Shown here: piece after piece, positions 25,017 to 30,462 of the stretch
How positions within the stretch are numbered: the stretch's first letter is position 1
Layout of the letters: each line of letters begins with the position of its first letter
From: Actinomycetota bacterium
GTDB lineage: Bacteria > Actinomycetota > Geothermincolia > Fen-727 > Anoxymicrobiaceae
DNA: 30,462 nucleotides
NCBI GenBank assembly: GCA_018894655.1
Contig: JAHIPE010000234.1
Span: forward strand, 1 to 30,462
Direction: 5' to 3'
Translations under genes and position numbers: made by a program
Notes under the pieces: generated by a model
Told to the model about the DNA's origin: nothing
Seen by the model: only the letters and a program-made list of their open reading frames with translations
Databases searched by the model: none

Positions 25017-26159
25017 CTACTCGATGCCCCTCAAGCGCAAGGCATCATGCAACAAAGAGTTGCCATCGCACCTGTAACAATGATTCTCCGTTCCGGGCGG
25101 GATGTCGGCGGCATATACGATCTCGGCGGCCTCGAGCACCGTTTCAACGTACCACTCCGCGGTCGGCGCCCGATGACCCTCCAGCAACGAGCCGGGGTTG
25201 GGAGACCACACGAACGGTACGACGTTCGCCCCGAGGAAGGTGATCTCGCGCACGCCCTCCAGGAACGTTTTTCTCGGTTCCAGGCCCATCACGAACACGC
25301 CATAAACGTTCCCCTCCCCGAAGACCTCGACGGCCATCCGGATTCCCTGGAGGAAATCGTCATGGCTTACGGCGCCGGCTTTGCCGGGGCAAATGGCCGC
25401 GTACAATGCCTCGTCCCAGATCTCCATACTGAAACCTATTGCTCGAATCCCCGCCTCGTTGTACGCGAGCACGTCATCGAGGCCGACGGCCGGGGACGGG
25501 AGTATCGTGCCGGGTATCCCTTCGAGACCCGTCTGTGCGGAAATAGACGCCATGATATCTCTAACCAGATCGATTTCTCTCTGGCGATTGAAGCACCCGC
25601 CGGTCAGCAGGACGTGCCTTGCGACGCCTTCCTCGAGCGCGGCGCTTGCGACTTCCCCTATCTCCCGGACTTCTTTTTTCCTGAGCACGGAGTCATAGGT
25701 GTCGGAGGTTGATGCGAGGTTGCAGAATAGACACTGCTGCTTTTTCGCGAAATAACTACAGTGGTTCTGGTAGCAGAAGAACAGGCAGTCCTCCCCTCCG
25801 ATTTGCCCGATTCTTACCATGGGGTTGCCTCCCAGGGTTTTCTTGTCGTAGAACTCGGGGCGAGGCAACCAGTTGACTTCGCACAGCCGCTCTTCCAGCC
25901 TGTAGAGGTCCAGCCCGTTGGTGCATCTTCTGACCTTGAAAGGCGAACGACTGTTTTTTCTGAACTGAACGATGGTTCCACCCGGCAAAACGAAGTCGTC
26001 CGGGAGTTTCGTTCCGACGTGATCCTCGAAATCCCAACCGAAGAGCCCGTGGTTCTGCTCCTTGTGGATAGTCCCCAAGCCCTCAAGAGCTTCACCGCCC
26101 GCTCGAACGCCCTCGACGAGCAGGTCCGCCTTCAACTTAAGAGTCTCGATCGGATTCAT
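25017..26159 (-). CDS. Radical SAM protein with a non-canonical CX8CX2C motif
   Basis: CSYFAKKQQCLFC, LLTGG and C-terminal CYRC. ATG 26159 has an AAGGAGG RBS and overlaps the metW 3' end. Confidence 0.82.
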   Translation of the reverse strand: MNPIETLKLKADLLVEGVRAGGEALEGLGTIHKEQNHGLFGWDFEDHVGTKLPDDFVLPGGTIVQFRKNSRSPFKVRRCTNGLDLYRLEERLCEVNWLPRPEFYDKKTLGGNPMVRIGQIGGEDCLFFCYQNHCSYFAKKQQCLFCNLASTSDTYDSVLRKKEVREIGEVASAALEEGVARHVLLTGGCFNRQREIDLVRDIMASISAQTGLEGIPGTILPSPAVGLDDVLAYNEAGIRAIGFSMEIWDEALYAAICPGKAGAVSHDDFLQGIRMAVEVFGEGNVYGVFVMGLEPRKTFLEGVREITFLGANVVPFVWSPNPGSLLEGHRAPTAEWYVETVLEAAEIVYAADIPPGTENHCYRCDGNSLLHDALRLRGIE

Positions 26160-26790
26160 CCGACCCTCCTTGTGAATTCTCATCCGGCTCGAGCCTCTTC
26201 GAAATCAGGAAGAATCCCGCAAGGGCCCTAAGATTCGGCAGTAACCTGATTGTCCCGGTCCCGCCGAAGAAAGCAACCTTTTCGATTCGTATGTTTTTTG
26301 AGTGGCAGTAGTCGGTAAAATCCGCGATGCTCAAGAAATGAAGATTTGGCGTATCGTGCCACTGGTAGGGCAAAGACGGCGTCACCGGCGTCCGGCCCCT
26401 GAAGAACACCTGGCACCTTCCGGGGTAGTGCGCGAAATTGGAGAAGCCTACGATCGCATTCCTGCTGATTCTGAGTGCCTCCATGAGCACTATGTCCGGC
26501 CGTCTGACGACTCGCTGGAGGCTCCGGTCGAATATCGCGAAATCGAACGAGTTATCGGCATAATCGCCCAGTGCCGTGTCAACCTGCTCGTGGAGCACAT
26601 TGAGGCCTTTCTGGACACACAGGGATATGGAGGCATCGTCTATCTCGATTCCCTGCGCTTTGACGTTCCTTTCCTTTACGAGGCGCGACAGCAATCCCCC
26701 GCTGCCGCAGCCGAGTTCCAGGACCGAGGAGCCCGGTTCCACCCAGTCTATTATTGTTTCGTACGCGGCGCCCCCTGTAGAAAATCCCAT
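26137..26790 (-). CDS. metW: Methionine biosynthesis protein MetW (SAM-binding fold)
   Basis: VLELGCGSG, GIEID, FSNFAH and LPYQWHDTPNLHF motifs; directly follows metX; AAGGAG RBS before ATG 26790. Confidence 0.93.
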   Translation of the reverse strand: MGFSTGGAAYETIIDWVEPGSSVLELGCGSGGLLSRLVKERNVKAQGIEIDDASISLCVQKGLNVLHEQVDTALGDYADNSFDFAIFDRSLQRVVRRPDIVLMEALRISRNAIVGFSNFAHYPGRCQVFFRGRTPVTPSLPYQWHDTPNLHFLSIADFTDYCHSKNIRIEKVAFFGGTGTIRLLPNLRALAGFFLISKRLEPDENSQGGSDESDRDS

Positions 26791-26791
26791 A

Positions 26792-27919
26792 TCAGCGCGC
26801 TCCTTCAAAGACCTTTATCAAGAAATGCGATACGAGGGTGGTCTCCTCATCGACCTCGAGGAGGAACGCGTCATGGCCGTATGTTGAATTGATCTCGCAA
26901 TAAGTCACGTCGACGCCGGCCGTCTTGCAGGCGCGCACTATCTCGAGCGATTGGTAGGATGGGTAAAGCCAATCGGATTTGAAGGACAAAACGAGGATCT
27001 TGGCCTTTAATCCCTTGAACGCATCAGCCAGGTTTCCGCCCCTGGTCGCATCGTACTCGTCAATCGCCCTGGTGATGTAGAGATACGAATTGGCGTCGAA
27101 CCTGTCAACGAAACTCAAGCCCCTGTAATGAAGGTAGTCCTCCACCTCGAAACCGTTGCTGAATGGATGCGCTTTTCCGTTTCCCCCCGTCCGCCGGCCG
27201 AACTTCTCCGCCATCGATATGTCGCTCATGTACGTTATGTGGCCGACCATCCTGGCCACGCTCAGGCCCTTGGCGGGGGACTCGCCACCGTAGTAGCGCC
27301 CGTTTTGCCAGTCCGGGTCGGCCATGATAGCCTGTCGGCCCACCTCGTTAAAAGCTATTTGTTGAGGAGAGTGCCTGGCCGCCGTCGCGATGACGATCGC
27401 GCTCTGTACGCGGTAAGGGTAAGAGACCAGCCATTCCAGCACTTGCTGTCCACCCATCGAACCGCCGGCTACGGAAAGCAGCCTGTCGATTCCCAGGTGG
27501 TCCAGGAGCTGGCCCTGCAACCTGACCATATCCGGGATGGTCACAAGCGGGAAGTCTGTTCCGAACGGCCTTCCCGTCGATGGGTTAATCGAGGACGGAC
27601 CCGTTGTGCCCTTGCATCCGCCAAGCACGTTCGAGCAAACGACGAAGTACTTGTCCGTATCGAACGCCCTGCCCGGCCCGATCATGTCGTCCCACCAGCC
27701 GGGTTTGTTCTGGCCCTTGTGCAAGCCGGCTGCGTGGGCATCTCCCGAAAGCGCGTGAAGCACGAGGATGGCGTTTGATCGGTCCTCGTTCAAATCCCCG
27801 TAAGTCTCATAGGCAACAGTGATTGGAACCAGTTTCTCGCCGGAATCCAGGAGAAATCGACCGGGAGGTGCCGCGAAAGTATAGTATTGTGTCTCGACAA
27901 TGCCGATCCCCTTGCTCAA
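26792..27919 (-). CDS. metX: Homoserine O-acetyltransferase
   Basis: [35 protein letters not shown] and GHDAFL catalytic triad motifs; TTG start with AAGGAGG RBS. Confidence 0.96.
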   Translation of the reverse strand: MSKGIGIVETQYYTFAAPPGRFLLDSGEKLVPITVAYETYGDLNEDRSNAILVLHALSGDAHAAGLHKGQNKPGWWDDMIGPGRAFDTDKYFVVCSNVLGGCKGTTGPSSINPSTGRPFGTDFPLVTIPDMVRLQGQLLDHLGIDRLLSVAGGSMGGQQVLEWLVSYPYRVQSAIVIATAARHSPQQIAFNEVGRQAIMADPDWQNGRYYGGESPAKGLSVARMVGHITYMSDISMAEKFGRRTGGNGKAHPFSNGFEVEDYLHYRGLSFVDRFDANSYLYITRAIDEYDATRGGNLADAFKGLKAKILVLSFKSDWLYPSYQSLEIVRACKTAGVDVTYCEINSTYGHDAFLLEVDEETTLVSHFLIKVFEGAR

Positions 27920-27953
27920 TTTCCCTCCTTGCCGGCCGTTGTTCGAAGACGAC

Positions 27954-29276
<1,323 letters not shown>

Positions 29277-29302
29277 TCAAAATTACGAGGCGTTTTCTCG
29301 AG

Positions 29303-29345
29303 AAATAAAAAACCCGCCAACCGTTTCCCCACCTGGCTGCGGGTT
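29303..29345 (-). terminator. Intrinsic terminator of the met leader (attenuator 3:4 stem)
   Basis: mRNA AACCCGC-AGCC...GGUU-G-GCGGGUU followed by UUUUAUUU, about 50 nt before the metY ATG. Confidence 0.88.
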
Positions 29346-29408
29346 CTTCCTTGATGAATGTCAGAAAGATGATGCCTACATAGGCATGCCCCCCGCGCGC
29401 AGGTGGGA
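29327..29408 (-). promoter_or_regulatory. Antiterminator (2:3) helix of the met leader
   Basis: UCCCACCUGCGCGCGGG (29408-29392) pairs with CCCGCAGCCAGGUGGGG (29343-29327): 9 bp + 5 bp GC-rich helices that sequester the terminator 5' arm. Confidence 0.82.
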
Positions 29409-29483
29409 TCGCATAGCCATGCGACACATCATCATCTGCCTATCGCCGATATAGCTTATCGAGTCATTGCCAGGTCTTATCAT
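29376..29483 (-). CDS. Met-rich leader peptide (MIRPGNDSISYIGDRQMMMCRMAMRSHLRAGGMPM)
   Basis: AGGAGA RBS 7 nt upstream of ATG 29483; 7 internal Met codons plus 1 Cys in the last 19 codons; lies between the promoter and the terminator. Confidence 0.88.
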   Translation of the reverse strand: MIRPGNDSISYIGDRQMMMCRMAMRSHLRAGGMPM

Positions 29484-29510
29484 GCAGACATCTCCTGATG
29501 CGAATACAAT

Positions 29511-29535
29511 AAACCCTACCATTATGATAGAGAAT
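29511..29535. promoter_or_regulatory. Putative Rrf2/IscR-type operator at the met promoter
   Basis: AAACCCTACCATTATGATAGAGAAT; 19/25 identical to the reverse complement of the 14835-14859 box; overlaps the -10 element and predicted start site. Confidence 0.6.
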
Positions 29536-29561
29536 ATACCAGCATCAAACCAGGGTGTCAA
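29533..29561 (-). promoter_or_regulatory. Sigma70-type promoter for the met leader/operon
   Basis: TTGACA (29561-29556)-N17-TATATT (29538-29533). Confidence 0.8.
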
Positions 29562-29680
29562 GGGCAACGGGGATCCAGCCCCAAATCCACAAGGGGATTC
29601 AGGGCTCGCCGGTGCGGGTGCTTGGCCAGCATACTGCTCAATCAATGAGGGGGGGCTGAATATTTACGACTTTTTACTGG

Positions 29681-30319
29681 TTAGAGATCTGTTCCCCCGA
29701 ATAGCTCATCGCCGTATATTGCGCGGTACCTGCCCCCTCGGAGGGCCTCGATCAGCTCTCTTTCGTCCCCGATGCTTTCCTCGAAAACCGTGAGGGACCG
29801 TCCAATGTGGCTTACGTGGTGAGCGTCGCTCCCGCCTGTCCCGAAAAGACCATACTTCTTCCTGAGGCGCTCCGCCTGGTCGTTGCTCTTGCGGGTAACG
29901 GCGCCGTTGTGGGTCTCGATAGCGACTATCGCCTGGGCAAGCTCCTCGTCCAGCGTGTGCCGGTAGCGGTGGCGCGCGTCGGATATCCCCCTGCATGGAT
30001 GGGCGGGGATGATAATCCCATCGCGCTCCTCGACCTCTTTTCTGAGCTCAGTGAAAGGAAAGAGGTAGTACTTTACCCGGTCCAGCCAGCCGAACGCCAG
30101 CATGTCCCCGAGTTCCGTGTACACCTCCATCCCCCTGAAGACCTTGAACCCTTGCTCCAGGGCGTACTCGTAGTTGACCTGCGCCCCGACCCCGGTGGAG
30201 TGCTCGGTAACGCATACCGCGTCCAGCCCCAGCTCTCTGGACCTCTCAACAAGCTGCTGGGGAGTTACCGACGAGCACCTGGACGACACGTTGGTATGAA
30301 TATGCAGGTCGACAAGCAT
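29681..30319 (-). CDS. PHP-domain metal-dependent phosphoesterase
   Basis: DLHIHT, CVTEH, GMEV, AHPCR, ETHNG and GGSDAH motifs. Confidence 0.9.
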   Translation of the reverse strand: MLVDLHIHTNVSSRCSSVTPQQLVERSRELGLDAVCVTEHSTGVGAQVNYEYALEQGFKVFRGMEVYTELGDMLAFGWLDRVKYYLFPFTELRKEVEERDGIIIPAHPCRGISDARHRYRHTLDEELAQAIVAIETHNGAVTRKSNDQAERLRKKYGLFGTGGSDAHHVSHIGRSLTVFEESIGDERELIEALRGGRYRAIYGDELFGGTDL

Positions 30320-30462
30320 CGATCAACTCCCGCGGTTTCTCTTCCTCCACGTGCAAAACACGCAAACAGGTTAACCTGCGGTATTCTACACCATCGGTGC
30401 GCTCGGCTCCGTAGCGCGCCACCACTTGCCGCACTCAACGGTTGGCTTTATCATGTATTGAC

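Noticed and set aside
29484-29645. N-terminal 54 codons of the track ORF 29376..29645 (89 aa)
   Set aside because: They span the predicted promoter and operator and lack an RBS. Only the part from ATG 29483, which has an AGGAGA RBS, is credible.

Overview
GC-rich bacterial chromosomal window. It probably comes from an anaerobic Actinomycetota; this is an inference from gene content and a small relic resembling a DUF5719-like repeat. Left to right: purC (+); a convergent DUF35/Ltp3-like/Ltp4-like/DUF35 non-canonical thiolase (aldolase-type) cluster; a nested mobile-DNA scar (IS630 3' remnant interrupted by a 288-bp MITE with 24-bp TIRs and a 6-bp TSD, carrying REP-like hairpins also seen at 1167-1313); a minus-strand sulfur supply and distribution cluster (cysK-thi4-unknown-iscS-cysE-mnmA-moeB/thiF-rrf2, then fdhD-nadA) divergent from a larE-like sulfur insertase; a CsoR copper cassette (csoR, HMA-DsbD-like-2x cupredoxin protein, copZ-like, copA with an unusual duplicated C-terminal tail); and a methionine operon (metY-metX-metW-radical SAM-cbs-cgl) preceded by a PHP gene. 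The strongest signal is regulatory and the ORF track does not resolve it. The met operon is preceded by a near-consensus promoter, an RBS, a 35-aa Met-rich leader peptide and a clear mutually exclusive antiterminator/terminator pair. The cys operon is preceded by a ~39-aa leader with six clustered Cys codons. Both promoters carry a similar 25-bp Rrf2/IscR-type box. Together these suggest a two-tier (Rrf2 repressor plus amino-acid-specific leader peptide) control system for sulfur amino acids. No rRNA, tRNA or CRISPR array was seen. Everything was read by eye; no database searches or folding computations were run.
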